From Oikopleura dioica (taxonomy: Eukaryota > Animalia > Chordata): 64,000 nt of DNA. The stretch covers positions 186,001 to 250,000 of the forward strand of contig OU015568.1 in assembly GCA_907165135.1 (NCBI GenBank). The letters are read 5' to 3'. The notes under the pieces are model-generated. The model was not told the origin of the DNA, ran no database searches, and saw only the letters and a list, made by a program, of their open reading frames with translations. Made by a program: the position numbers and the translations under genes. Below are positions 24,620 to 38,200 of the stretch, piece after piece (within the stretch, counting starts at the first letter, position 1; each line of letters opens with the position of its first letter).

Positions 24620-27600
24620 CGATTATTTGCAGCCCCATCGCCAAGACAGATTTTTGAACAATATGAAAGTCGAAAAAATTCTCAAAAACAGTCAGCTAGA
24701 AATCATTCCTTGGAAAGAAGTCATGACTGGCAATCTTCTTTTATCGGCCATATTTTGAGCGAATTCAACAGTTGGATTTATTTCCGACGATTCAACCCCT
24801 GGGATCGAGACAAGAACGATGATTGGATTGAGGTGGAAGACTGGAGTAGCCTGGCTTGGACGCCGTGGAAATCAGGAGCGCTTATTTTTGGTCCTATACA
24901 ATTCTGCTCAACACTTTGGTCCCGATCTCCCTGTATGTTTCTGTAGAAATGGTTCGTCTCGGACAAAGTATGATCATCAACTGGGACCGGGGAATGAACT
25001 TCGAGAAGAATGACACTCCCGCAAGTGCTCGATCAACGACAAAAAACGAGGGGCTGCGGCAAGTGAGCTACATCTTTTCGGACGAAACCGGAACACTGAT
25101 GCAAAATATCTAGAGCTTAAAAAAGCTTATATCAGCGGGCGAATCTACGGAAATGGTTCACGGCCAATTGATTTTTCATGAAATATGCATCACAATGGCG
25201 AGTTTGCTTTCACGGATCAGAGCTTGATCGATGATTTTAAAAAAAGGGAAATCACGTCGACCGCTTTCTGAAGGTACGGGCGTTGAATCAGACTGTTACG
25301 CCCGATTATACAGAAATGTATCTTGACAGAATGGGCAGTCCAAAAAGCATGGTTTATCAAGCACAATCGCCGGATGAAGGAGCACTTGTTTCAGCACCAC
25401 GCGCTTTTCGCTTTGTTCTCACTAATAGAACTACTGATACGATTTAGGTCTCTCCGTTAGATGAAACAATGACGTACGAGGTGCTCCATAATGGGGACTT
25501 TGACAATGAAAGGAAGCAAATGTCCGTTGTTGTCCAAGAGAAAAATGTTGACGGTCAAATTATTATTTATACAGGAGGAGCTGGTAGTTCTGTTCTCTCA
25601 AATCTGACGAAATCGACGACTGAAAATTTGCGAAAGATCACTGATGACGCTCTGACTCGATTCGCTGAAGATAGTCTGAGAACACTTTGCGGCAGAGTCT
25701 CTGCCCTAGGTAAAAGAATCTGAGCGATTAAGGATAAGCTACAGGATGGTGTGCCTGAGACCATCAAGCAAATTCTTCTGGCGGGTATTAAACTTTGGGT
25801 CCTGACGGGGGATAAATTGGAGACTGCAATCGACATTGGGTACTAATGCGATTTGCTAGCGAATGAAATGACAAACGTCTTCGAATTTTTAAGTTCAAAA
25901 GGGAATTCGAATGCCGCATTTAATATAACAATCTGCAGATAAAAACACATCACTATAAATAAGATAAATTTTTATTTGTACAAAAATACATCAGGTTGTA
26001 CGATAAGAAGCATGAATTCCGTAAATAACAGTTTTGAAAGCTTGACAAACGTTCGGTTCAAATGCAGGGCCTTCTGGTTCAGGACTTGGCATGTTCTTGC
26101 CCTTCTTCGCAGGCTTCTTCACTTCTTTGACTTGTTTCAAAGATGGATTTCGAATGTTGAGAATGCAGTCAATAGCAGAGGTGCCTGAGCTCATTCCATT
26201 GACGATTACCTTTAATCTCCATTCGTTGGATTCCTGGTCGCAACTCCACTGGTTGTGGATTAAAGAAGAACCTCCAGAAAGCGAAAGCAGGGCAACGGAG
26301 TTGACTCAACTCAGTTGAGGACCTCAACTTGAGGTAACTCTCCGCTTGAATGACGACTCGATCTCGCTCAAGATCCAACTTGTTCTGTTGAATGAATGAA
26401 GAGGGCTCTGGACTGCGATCAACAAGGAAGACGATGTTGAGATAGTTCAAATCGAGTGCAGCAATTCGCGAGGGCCGAATCGAAGAGAAAAATCTTTTGC
26501 GTCCACAGTTAGCGAGTTCATTCGACGCTGCCATGAACGACTCAATCTCGCCAATCGAGAGACCAGACTTTTCTTTCCAGTTCTGTCGCATTTTCGTAAC
26601 TGAGTCGGCGCATCTTCCAGGAGTTATGAGACAGACCGTGTTGCCAAGCGAAGTCATGTTCGAATTCGGGGCAGCTTTTGACTTTTGGTCTTTTTCTTCT
26701 CGAGAGCCAGTCTATTGAGGAATATTTGAAAAGAAAAGTCTCGCGAAATTGGGCGATCAGCAAGTTCGGGAATCAACTCCAGCGGTGTATCCAGAAGATG
26801 GAAGTCGGATATCTTGTACTTCGTCTTGGAGGCTCTTCAGATCGGCCAAGTTCGCTCTTGCTCTTACAACTCGCACATCTTTAGCGTTTGCGTTGAAGAG
26901 ACCAGCAAAAATATATCCATCAACATGTTGAAGAATTAGACATGAATAGGGCATCTTTTCAATCAGAGAAATTAAGAATAATTTCGAGTTTCTCCACGAC
27001 TGCAAATTGTCGATCGATGACCAGAGCGTTTCATTCATGTCGCTGTCGCCATAGATTTAAGAAAAAAAGATGTCGGATGAACTACGCAAGACGAGAAGCA
27101 TTAAAAGCATTGCAAGCTTGTGAGAGCAGTCGCTAGCAGAATCCTTAAGTCTGGGCGCCTTGGAGTTGAGCAAGGACAGTAAAGGGCGTGGTTTTTCTTG
27201 CGCTTTTCCAAAATTTGTACGGCTCACATTCAAAATAGAAAAGACGGAACGCGAGTTCATGATCGACGGACGCATCATTGAGAAATCACCGTCTTCGTCA
27301 TGGTCAACTTCGTAAGCAGCTGCCTTTAAGTTTATTTCGGACATGTCATTTGTAATCCAGAAATCGTCTGGCCATGGATTGAATTCAACGTTGCCAATGT
27401 CACTTGGGAGATTCGTCATGTTGAGCGATGCACGAGCTCGCAACTTCTTGCTGACATATTCGTTTGAGTTCCAGTTGTTTTTAATCAAGCGCAAAGCCTT
27501 CCAAATTCTTGTATTCTTCGCCGTATTCTTCGATTCTCTTTTCGACATCGGACAGTCTTTCGAAATTTGCGGCTTCTTGCATCTTATCTCTGTAAGCTAA

Positions 27601-28592
27601 GCTGACAACATTGGCAAGTAAAAGAGCAAGCGTGAGTTATATATTAGCGACGACAGCGTTGCGGGAATCAGCAGTTTTCAAGATTTTGATCGTTTTTGAT
27701 AGATGCAAACCATATAGAGAACATCTTTTTTTCTTGATCTTGAAGTCTGTCGATGGAGTTATTGACGCGCTTAATGACGATGTTTCCATGTACCAGTGTT
27801 TGAAAACCCGCAACATTTTCCGCGGGCGCGGGGGCCGATTTCAAAATTCAAGCCCCTTAAATCAAAAAATCAAGGAACGGGGCTGAGACGGCCCGAAGAA
27901 TTAGAACTGCAATAAGAAATTTCTCTGTTTTGAAGAAGTGCTATTGAAAATAGCATATTTTACGTCAACACTATTTTTTCAAACACTGCATTGTACAAGG
28001 ACGACGGTGCCGTATTTTTCCCCGGTCCAAATTGTTTCCACATATTTAAGCAAGTCGATGATTTCGCGAATTCGTGAATTGCATTGGCTTGGAACAGCAG
28101 ACAAGAACATGGCCTCGTGAAATGCTATTTCGGCCAGATGAGTGTCGATCAGATACTCTTGGCTCTGCTGCTCTCGTAGCTTCATGTGGAACTGCTCGAA
28201 TAGACTTTCGGCATTTTGTTCCAGACAAATTTGACCAGAACCCATTATCGCGGCGACCATGAGCTCACATTGTTTCGGCTAAAATGCGGGTACTCATGCA
28301 ATTTGCTAGCGAATGAAATGACAAACGTCTTTGAAGTCTCGAAGGAGACAACAGAAGAAGTAAGAACGACCCTCGATCAAATGAAGAAAGAACTGGACTC
28401 TGGACACGGCGATTATGGCCTCGTCATAACTGCCCAGGCCCGCGGATTCGCGATTTAGGACCATCATGACTTATTCCTCGATGTTTCCAGAAAATGCAAA
28501 AGCGTGATCTGCTGTTGAGTCACTCCGCTTCAGAAGGCTCAAATGGTAGCGATGGTGAAAGAGGAAGACAATGCATCACTTTAGCGATTGGA
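24620..28592 (+). pseudogene. P4-type phospholipid-transporting ATPase (ATP8B-like) fragment, intron-free over about 1.3 kb and split by a 2.4-kb insert
   Basis: [30 protein letters not shown] (DKTGT mutated), [45 protein letters not shown], ending at TLAIG. Multiple stops. Insert spans 25886-28287. Confidence 0.85.
25886..28287 (-). pseudogene. Inserted segment with fragmented minus-strand ORFs (unidentified), flanked by 48-bp direct repeats
   Basis: ORFs 27979-28260, 27057-27548, 26757-27038, 26169-26657. Direct repeats at 25838-25885 and 28288-28335 (45/48). Confidence 0.45.
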
Positions 28593-30599
28593 AAAGGAAG
28601 TTGAAGTTGAAATGTCCATTGCCTCGATGATGATAGAAAAAGCTACGTAAATTCAAGAGTTCAAGGTTAAAATGGGAGGGGTTCAGGAAGGTGAGGAGTC
28701 CAAATATACAGGTGATCACACCTCGTTGTCTCGGGACCGTGCAGATGCGAGCAAGTGCGGCGGATCAATAGCGTAAACTGCCCTGCATCGTAGATATAAT
28801 CATCATCCGGTACCCCCCTTAGAGAGATAATTTGGCGTAAACTTGAATTTTGGATAATATATTTTGACAATGAAATAAAAAAATGTGCAAGATTTTGAGA
28901 AATATACAATTAATTTGAGTTTGCACAAATTATAATTCGCAATAACCTGATTGGAATGGGATTCAAGAGCTGAGGTCAGCTTGAATCAGCAACAGTCCAA
29001 CCAGCAAGAAAACGACGCCTTTGTCAACATCATCAACAAGCATTTTGACAGAGAAAAGCCCAACGCCGTAAAAGAGGGAATGTAAGAATACGTCGATGCT
29101 CGAATTATCGGTTTATCATCTGAAATCAAGGAGGAGATTAATTCTAGCCGTCGTTTTGAAGAAAAAGAAGGGCTCGACACTAAGCTAAACGAGAGAACAA
29201 AAGAAGTGCATGTCCTTCTTCAAGAAATCCAACCCATCCTTAATCGATCTATCAATCATAAAGACAGAATGATGATCACAGAAATGAAACAAGCTTACGA
29301 TATTGCTCAGCGACAAAACCCGAACTCAGCTACGAAGTCGCGGACGGCTTTCCAAGTTCTAACACTCAACGGTCTTACGACCATTTCCGTCCACAACGAC
29401 TGAGAGTGATTTTTCTTGTGTTCCAGGTCGGTAAATCAGTTCCAAGTGTCCGTGCTAGATTCTTTGAAAAAAAGCAACTGTCTTCGCGGCGAAGATTTCG
29501 AAAGAGTGAACATCATCGAGCCCACCGCTAGCAAATAAATCGACCTGGACGATGAGCCATCCCTTTTTTGTCAACTGCCTTCTCCTCTTTCAATGATGAA
29601 TCTTCCTACCTGTGCCAAACAAACGAGCACAATTTCTGCCGCAAAAACATCCAGACGTGCAACAAGAAATGCCAATTCTAATTCAATGAATGGTACGCCG
29701 CTCGACCCGATTTTTGACCTTTCTCAACTCTATTTTCTACAAGGGGGTCTTTCAACAACGACCGGGCTGATTTACATGATTGAACAATCAGAGCACAGAA
29801 TAATGCTTCATGATGGGAATCGCCCCGGTCGTTGTTGAATGACCCCCCTGTAGCTCCTGCGGCAATCATTGAAGATAGTCGGCCGCAGTGAATCAATGTG
29901 GACACTCGCAAGGGTTTGCAGCAGTCTTTCGCCTCCCGTTTCTCCCGATTCCGCTAGAAGACGCCTCTTCCCGAATTTATCACTGAACAGCCATTCGGAA
30001 TGGAGGAATGGTTCATTCCTCCTTATTTTTTACAGTTATTCTCTCTTTTAAGCCCTTTATTTGACTTTTAATACTTTTTGATTTTTTAAATAATTCTACC
30101 TCCTTATTTTTCTCTTCCAAAAAACGAACTTACGAAGCAAATACTTACTTTAAAAATAAATACTGGGTAAATTTACTCAAGTCTCGAGGCTTTGATCGCC
30201 GCACTTCTTCCGATTCTGAATTTCAGAATCTGAAAGACTTTCTAGAAATGCCCAAATTGGTAAGGATTCTCAATAGGTTGAAAGGAGCCAAATTGGTCAA
30301 TTTCTGAAAATTAATCAGAAACAGAAACCTTAAGAGCGTTATCTGTTTTGCAAATATCATTTTAAAGAAATTTTGGCCAACCATCAAATGATGAGATTTA
30401 GTCTGTTAAGACTATGTGTAAATCTCGAGTTACTAAAGCTACGATCTGAAAGTCCCAGATTACTAAGATCCATGCCGAAAGGAACTAGAGATGAAACTTG
30501 AATGAAAATAACTATTTATCTGATGATTTTGACGGCGACAAGTGAGGAACTAGGAAATTCCTAGTAGGAATTGGGATCAAAATTTTTTGTTATTCAGCG

Positions 30600-32287
30600 A
30601 ATGACGGAGGTCTATAAATAATAGACTATGTCACAGTCTGTGAATTCCGTCAAAGCCAGGAATTGAATGATTAGCCTGCTTCTTCCTTAGAAATACGACA
30701 GTATTCATGTGGTCAGAAGCGAAAGAACGAAATCGAGATCCAGCAAGTTGTGCGAGAGATCATCGACTGCCTAAAGAATAATTCCGCTCGGTACCGATTC
30801 ATATTGTTGATGAGAGTAAAACTCTCTCTTTTTATAGTCATGGTAGTACAGAAATGTTCGTCGAGCGCATAAGTAACCAAGTCATTCCCAAAGGCCAAAT
30901 CACCTCCGACAGAAAAAGAGTTCGAGTTTTCTGACAGCCTCTCGGCTCAAAATTAACATACAGTAGTTGTCGACTTCCATGCCCGAATTCGAATTTTCTG
31001 CGATTATGACTTGTTGAAGACTTCAAATTGAAGTCCGAGCCATCAAAAGCCCCAACTGATCCCCGAAAAATGCAGCCAGTCGCTTCTAGGAAAAAAGTCA
31101 GACATATGATACATGTATGTCACATATCGTTGAATAACCCAGAAAAAAGTAATTTCTCGAAATTGAATGAATATATCTTCGCTAGCACAACTTCTGTAGC
31201 AGGCTTCTCTGACATTGATATTTCTAAATCTTTAATTTCAATTCAAAAGCCACCACAAGAGAAATCGTCCACAAGAGACCTTTCACCACCGCAGGTCTCA
31301 CATGATGAACAGTCCTTTTTAGCCGGATTGCTTGGAACCAAAAAGTCTGAAGAAATAATCGACGAAAAGCCTAAAAGAGCTGCATCCAAGCCCGTGAGTC
31401 TTGGTAGGAGTGAAAACGGAGAGGTTGATATTAACGACGATAAACACGCCTATTATTGAAGCATCGCCTCAACTTTCCAATCCTCCATCGCCGCCGCCGG
31501 AGAAGTCACCCACCCAAAAGCTATTTTTCATTCCAGATCTTTTGTCAAACTATCCCGCCGTCCTAACTACCTCTGCCGCTCAACAAGTTTCAGAATCCCC
31601 TGGAAGAGCTTTACTTCCTTCGCATCGATATTCAACAACTGAAAAGCGCCTAATGACCGGCTTTGGAAGAAGCCTAATTTGGCATGACAAGAAGCGAACG
31701 TCGCTCTGCAGGAGAAGTTGATCGAGGCTCAGAAGAAGCTACAGAAGATGAAGCGTTTGTTTATCACCAGGCACATGTAAGTAGGATGAAACGAGCGCAA
31801 ATGGAGGTGTCGAGTATAATAAGATGAACAGGTAGGCTTTTATTACTATTCGTTTGCTGATTTTCTTTGACAGGAATCACAAATCGCAAGAATACAAAAA
31901 TGCATGACGAAAGGTTCGAAGCTTAGAAAACTGCCACGGAAATTACCCGTCATCTCAAAGACTTTCTAGCCTCGGTTACAGTAGCCAACAAACCGCTCAA
32001 AGAATCCGCTATTTGAGTCGAAAAAGAAACTACAAAGGCATCAATTGATAAGGAATTTCCGGAATCATTCACGGAATGCGCTCAAGGCAGTTATTGTTGC
32101 GGAGAGGAAAATCTTTGCCGCAGAACGAGGGACGTTTACTGTAATGGTGCAAGAAATGATGGAATACAATCGTGAGCAAAAAGAGATGAATTCCAATGAG
32201 CGGCTCAGGCTTGAAGCAAAAATTCAAAGAATCGAAACTGAACGCAGAATACTAGAACAGCTAAAATACCTCCAGCCGCATTTTTAA
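30600..32287 (+). pseudogene. Degenerate unidentified gene ending in a coiled-coil exon
   Basis: Fragmented ORFs 31028-31459, 31401-31721, 32045-32287 with stops and frameshifts. Confidence 0.25.
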
Positions 32288-32899
32288 CCATTCCACAATA
32301 AAATTCAACTCGAGCAAGAAATCCAAAATAAAAAGAATTTCTTGATTTTAAATTACTGATTTAGTAATACAGTCGAATTGGTTCGATCTGAATCAGCCAA
32401 TAACAGCCTGTACGTAAAAATTAGGCATCGGCTCAAAAAGAGAAAAAATAGAATTCAACTAAATTTTGCCGTTCTAGGGAGATACAATCGTCACTGCTAC
32501 TTATGGTCTATTCGACGATGTCCCCGACGAAGTTATACTGCTGGAACTATCGTACCGGTGCTGATCGAGGTACTCTTCCTTGATTTTCAAGCCACCTGAT
32601 TCCCGTTCTTTAGATCTAACCGTGCCTAAATCGTACGTTTTTCTCTTCGCGCTTGCTGGCTTGCAGAGCATTATTTACAGGTACTTGATTCAACCACAAA
32701 ATTGAGCTTAATTTTGATCTTGCAGGGCAATTTGCTGAGTCTCCCTCTGCCGCAGCTTCCAATGATCGTCGGGAAGAAGCCCGAAATTCCGAGACTGGAG
32801 AGGAACTACATCGTCCGACTTATCAAAGAAAACAGGAGAAAAGGCCAACAAGCACTGATGGATTATCTCCGCTCCAACCGTAAGACAACTCTTCTTGAT

Positions 32900-33290
32900 A
32901 GGCTTCTTTTGAGCCCGATTCAGAGTACTGCATCTTCTACAACCACGAAGGAGGCGACCAGAACGCGATTTTCGTCGAAAGCGTTTTGAGATATGGTCTG
33001 CCTGTGAATTTCCGAGCCGCTGTACTTATCCCTGCCAAGCCCAGAAAGCTCCGTGAGCGATTAAATAAGGTAGGGCAGAGCGTAGAAAGTCAGCAGAGTG
33101 ATACCCTTATCATATAACATTGTGTCTTCGTTCCGAATTCTCAATTCTTTGTTTCAGATTTACTCGGAGCTGGATTCCGCCAATTTCAGCAACACGGCAA
33201 ACGGGAGATGTAGGTCTAAAATTCGACACAGGCGACTACTACCCTTGCGTTATTTGCCGCATCCCGGGCGATATCGTCGAATCTTCCTAA
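32900..33290 (+). pseudogene. ATP6V1C: V-type ATPase subunit C, 3' fragment
   Basis: FVESVLRYGLPVNFRAAVLIP..RKLRERLNK/IYSELDS (intron 33070-33157), then frameshifted DYYPCVICRI. Upstream sequence is not V1C-like. Confidence 0.75.
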
Positions 33291-33524
33291 AAAAAACATG
33301 AATTTTTACATGTCGTTTAAATCCTTATTTCACTCTTCTAACAATATCTTCATCAAATACTACTGTAACTGGGATAAACTATTGTTTCTCTACTTGAACT
33401 CTTTTTATTTTTTTCGTGCAAAAAAGTATTTATCGCCTTTTAAAGTTCATGATAATTCTTTCGTTTGAGCAATAATTGGTCAAATAACTATTCATAAAAT
33501 TCATGATGTTAAAAACTTATATCA

Positions 33525-34018
33525 GAGAAAGAAATTTTAAGAAAAAGAAGGATAAGCTCGGCTCCTTCTTGGGGATGCCTAGTTGGATGTTTCCGCTCGA
33601 CGAGAGAATAAAGGGACTGCATCCGATTCTGAAGAACTACGCGCACGCGGAGTGCTTTTTTCTTGAGTACGAGCCTACGAAGGGCGCTCATATCGATCCC
33701 CATTTCGACGAAAACTGGCTTTGGCTAGGTTGTAGCCGATCGTGAATTTCAATTAATTGAAAGCGCTAGTTCTATCTTCATTAAAAGGGCGAATCTATCA
33801 TGTGTCTGTCTTTGCTGAGCGATAGTGTTATGACTCTGTCTCGTCAAGTCTCGCCAGGGCGACTCGTTGAAATCCCTGTCCCGATTCCTCCCCGCTCGCT
33901 GCTTGTCCTCTCCGGCGATAGTCGCCATAAGCTCAAGCACAGTATCAAGCTAGAGTTAGCCATTTTAAAGAAGGAACGATATGTTTCGATTGCTTATTCT
34001 ACACATCGTAAAATATAA
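33525..34018 (+). CDS. ALKBH4: AlkB homolog 4-like dioxygenase, 3' half only
   Basis: NFKKKK..LGMPSW, LEYEPTKGAHIDPHFDENWLW (HxD), CLSLLSDSVM, IPPRSLLVLSGDSRHKLKHSI. No N-terminal half found upstream. Confidence 0.75.
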
Positions 34019-34159
34019 CTGTACAAAATACATTGTCCAAGTATTTCAAAAAGCCTGAGTTCAGGAAGAGAAAACGGTGTATTTTCCTTGACTCCGCGGT
34101 ATGTTTCGTTCAGGTATATTATACGATGTGTAGAATTAACTGGCAACTGGCCAACTCTA

Positions 34160-35090
34160 TTTTCCAGGGAGAACATATAACGTCTCGCCGTTTGCGCATG
34201 GCCATCCGAGACCTGTCCGAGAAATTTATTGAAGAGAATCGACGCTTATTACAGCCTGCCTTGAGAGCTGGACTTATCTTCTTGCTGCTTCTACACATGA
34301 TGGAGGCATTGGAGGGTAGGTCCTTTATTTATTTAATTTTAGTTGACATTTTCTTTCTTTCAATAAATGCGGAAATAAGTATTCTCTCGCTCATTATAAT
34401 CTTTATTCGTTCGATTTTTTCAAGTTAATTCATAATTTCTAGCTGTCGTCAACTCATCGAAAAAGAAGTCAACGAGCTTTCCCAAGAGCCTCCTGGAATT
34501 TTCCGCTCAGCGTCTGTGGAGGTCTGTTGGCAGCTAGTGAACCTGTACCGGATATTTCCCTTTTTTCTTCATTTTTTTTATCTTCCTTTTGCTTGCACAG
34601 TTCAAGTGCCAATCCAAGAACTTCCCGTGCGCGATACCTACTGTGGCATTACTTGTTATCAGGTTTAATTTCAATACGATTCTATATTCAATTACGCTAT
34701 ATCTCTTTATAAACACAGGTCTTATCAAATCTAAACAGGGAATTCGCTGGTGCTTGGAAGGCGGAATCAAAATGCACTTGACTTACAACTAGCCTTTACG
34801 AAACGCGGACAGGTTCGAACTCGGATCGATTGTACCCCGAGTCACCGAATTCGATAAACTCGATGCCATCGTAAGTTTCCAATAACCAACACTTGTTCTT
34901 ATCTTTCTCCCAAGGACAAGCCCAACCGCCTAGTCATCCCCGGCCGAATCGAGAAGAATCGCATCGTCAGATCAAAAAAGAGCGACAGAATCGAGTTGAC
35001 GACCACTACTACGACTGAAAGATTTATAGCCCCTTGGGCCATGTCAGACCTTGCCATAAGGCTCATCTTCCCGACTATATTTTACTTGTG
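34160..35090 (+). pseudogene. Five-exon unidentified gene with C-terminal hydrophobic helix and one in-frame TAG
   Basis: Four GT-AG introns with mutually consistent phases; TAG at about 34790; ends IRLIFPTIFYLCFCFFFEVLNL*. Confidence 0.45.
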
Positions 35091-35215
35091 CTTTTGTTTC
35101 TTTTTTGAAGTTCTGAATCTCTAGCAGTTCAATTAATACTCCCTGAAATACCCAACATAGAACGTTTTACTATATTTTCTAATAACTTGCAACTTTATCG
35201 TTTTCTTTTTTAGAA

Positions 35216-38200
35216 ATGGCCGAAACAACGAAAGAGATGAAATTTGTTCTTCGATATTTACGAAGAACAAAACGATTTGAAACACTCGAAGCTCTTGGAG
35301 TTCCCGGTCTTCCTGTTCCAACAAGCAAGGACGACGAGCCGAAAATTCTGTAAGTATTTTCTCATGAACATCACATTATCTCACGCTTACTTTAGGCCGC
35401 GAACAAGCGAAGAAAATCTCGGTGATGAGACGGGACTCAACTTCATGGATGCATCGGACGACAGCATTTTACACCCGAAAGCACATCACAGTCATCCGAA
35501 CGATGTCTTCGAGCCCAACGACTCCGAGATCGCGATTATAGAAAGCGAGCTCCCCGCTTGTGACGACTCCGTGACGACGTCGAGTCAACTTTTTCAGAGA
35601 CTACTGGACGATGACAGCTTGGCGATTCCAGAATTAAATTCAGAAAGTGTTTCTGAACCCGGCCCAGCGCCACAGGAAAGGGCTTGAATGAGTTTGAAGG
35701 AAAAGTAACGAGTTAGTGTTTTTGTATTGAACTCGACAAAAGCCCTAATTGAAGCTGCTGTTCACAACGGGAGATCTGCAAAGTAAACTTTCCACAAGAA
35801 GCCTCGAATTTAATAAGGACCTTTTCGCGGATCTCGATGGCCCGATGATATCAAAAGAAAACCAAAGAAACAAGTCGAGAGGCCTTCCGACGACTGGAAA
35901 TAAACGAACAGTCACATATGGGAAGAAATACTGGAGACAGAAATTTAATGAAGACGACCCTGACGACGATTTCAGTCAAGAGCTGACATCGCAGTACTTC
36001 CTCAAACTTCAAACTCAAAAATCAATGAAAAAAAATGCTATTCAAGCGAAAGAAAAAGTTCAAAACGGTGACGAAGACGATGAATTCGATTTCTCCGCGT
36101 ACAAGCCTCCACCAAAGAGCTCATTCAAACCTCCCTCGAAGAACGCATCGAAGATCCAAAATTCAGTTGAGTTGCTGAAACGATTTGATCAATCTGTCGC
36201 TACTTCACTCTTCACAACAGGAGCAGGTTCTAGCATTGCTCTTCCTGGAGTTCCTTTACCAAACAATATCCAGTTTCCTTCAGTATCTGCCAGTCCGAAA
36301 AATCCACTCAAGGAAGTCAGAAATGGTGAGAAAGCGATTGCAGCTGCGGACGGAAAGAAAGGAGCGCTTTCTGAGATAGATATGAATCAGATGGTTCCTG
36401 AGAGTCCGAGAGAAACGAGCTTGGATCTTTCGTTCGATCCGTCGCAAGCCCTTTTCTCCAATTCGCCTTATGGAGCGAGTCCGATTTACAAGTCCCAAGA
36501 GACGAATAAACCAAAGAAATCCTCCGAAAATTTGAGGAAGGATATCTTTCGAGGTTTGGACGATTCCTTCGAATTCAATGGATCCCAAACTGGACTCGGA
36601 GTCCCTGAAGCTGCCTTGCAAGCAGTCCGGGCTGCTGGCCCTGGAAGCAAGAACACTGGCTTGCAGAACTCTATCAAGGCGAAAATTGATGAATCGGCAA
36701 TTGGTGCAAGTCAGCAGCTCTTGAATACATCTAACGAGCCCGCGGCTTCTGCCAAGACTGCCGATGTTGACGGCGAGTTAAGTCAGGATTTGTTTTCACA
36801 GTCGTTGGCAGTTGGATCGTTAATTCCTCCTCCGAAAGCTCCAGAACAAAAAGAAGCAAAGAGAAAGAGACTTGATGAATTCATGGCGAAATTTGTTTCC
36901 GAAACTTGTCGAAATTCTATTCATCTGCCCACCAGTCTGCGTCATCCTCCTCTTGAATCGTTGTGGGAGGAGTATAGAGATCTGCCAGACGAACCAACCG
37001 CGGAGACACAAGAATCGGATCGTCAACCTTCTCAGCCGCCACGCAAGTACAGTGGGTTGCGCAGGTAGTTGCCCCCTAAAGTGCGGGTGAAGGGGCAACC
37101 AATCCTGCAATCACTTTGAGCGAGTCTAGAAAGGAACAATAGAAAAAGCGCGGGCAAAGGGGCAACCAAAGCTGCAATCGCAAAGGGGCAACCAACTGCG
37201 CAACCCACTGTACGTCTATATTCAACGCTTACCAGAGCCGAAGCCAGAAGAAGTGAATGAAAATTTGCCTTGCTATCAGCCTTGTGTTAATTTCTTTCAT
37301 CCGGAAAGTGACTCCATTATGCACAAATACGCTCTTCTTGCGGATAAACTGCGTCTCAGAAGCCAATTAGAAGAAACGCAAGCAAAATTGACCAGCATCG
37401 AAAGATCTTCTTCATTCGTCATTCCAGTAAAATCGGCTGCAAAGAACAATTCGAAGCACAGTACTCTCATCCCTACCCGAAGGAACAAATCCGTCAAATC
37501 TCCAGATCTTGCTCTTTGTCCGATGATTGCGGACTATACTGCAGAAGATGAAGACTTTGATATGGACCTTGACGAAGGAACAGAAGATCGTGTCATGACC
37601 GCGGAAGAAATCAAGCAATTAAAGGCAATGATCAAAAAGATCGACGAGGAGATCGATTGTCGGAAGAAATGTCAAGAAAATCGTTACGGAGTGCTGTTCC
37701 AAAGCAAGAAACACTACAACCAAAGAGGCAAGACGATTCCTGTGAGTCAGTTCAAGCCTCAAGTAAATACAGAGGATAAGCCTGCTGATCCAGTGCGAAA
37801 TTTCAACTTGCTCGACTTTTGGCCAAAGGAAGATATTCTAGCTGGTAAGAAAACGTCCGACGATGGAACTTTCAGCTGCGCAGCAGACGGAACTTTCGGC
37901 TCGCGACATATCCAGCGCACTCTTCACAGCTCGACGATCAACAGATCGCTCCACTCTAAATTGTCAATCAACTGGGTAGAAAATCACGCAAAACTCGTCA
38001 AGCAAAAGCTCGCTGGATACAACAACTATCTCGATCACGAATTGCGCGAAAAGGTCTTCACCCCCGACGCGTTAGTCGACCAACTCCGACTGAGGGCTGA
38101 CTTGGAATTTATCGACGGAAAGAGAAGTCTCATTGTGAAGATTTCCGAGCATGAAGTTTCTCCAGCTATGCCTGCTGTTCTTTACATTTCTTCCAAAGAA

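Noticed and set aside
34805-34830. GGTTCGAACTC, resembling a tRNA T-loop or B-box
   Set aside because: No cloverleaf or A-box; it lies within a coding exon.
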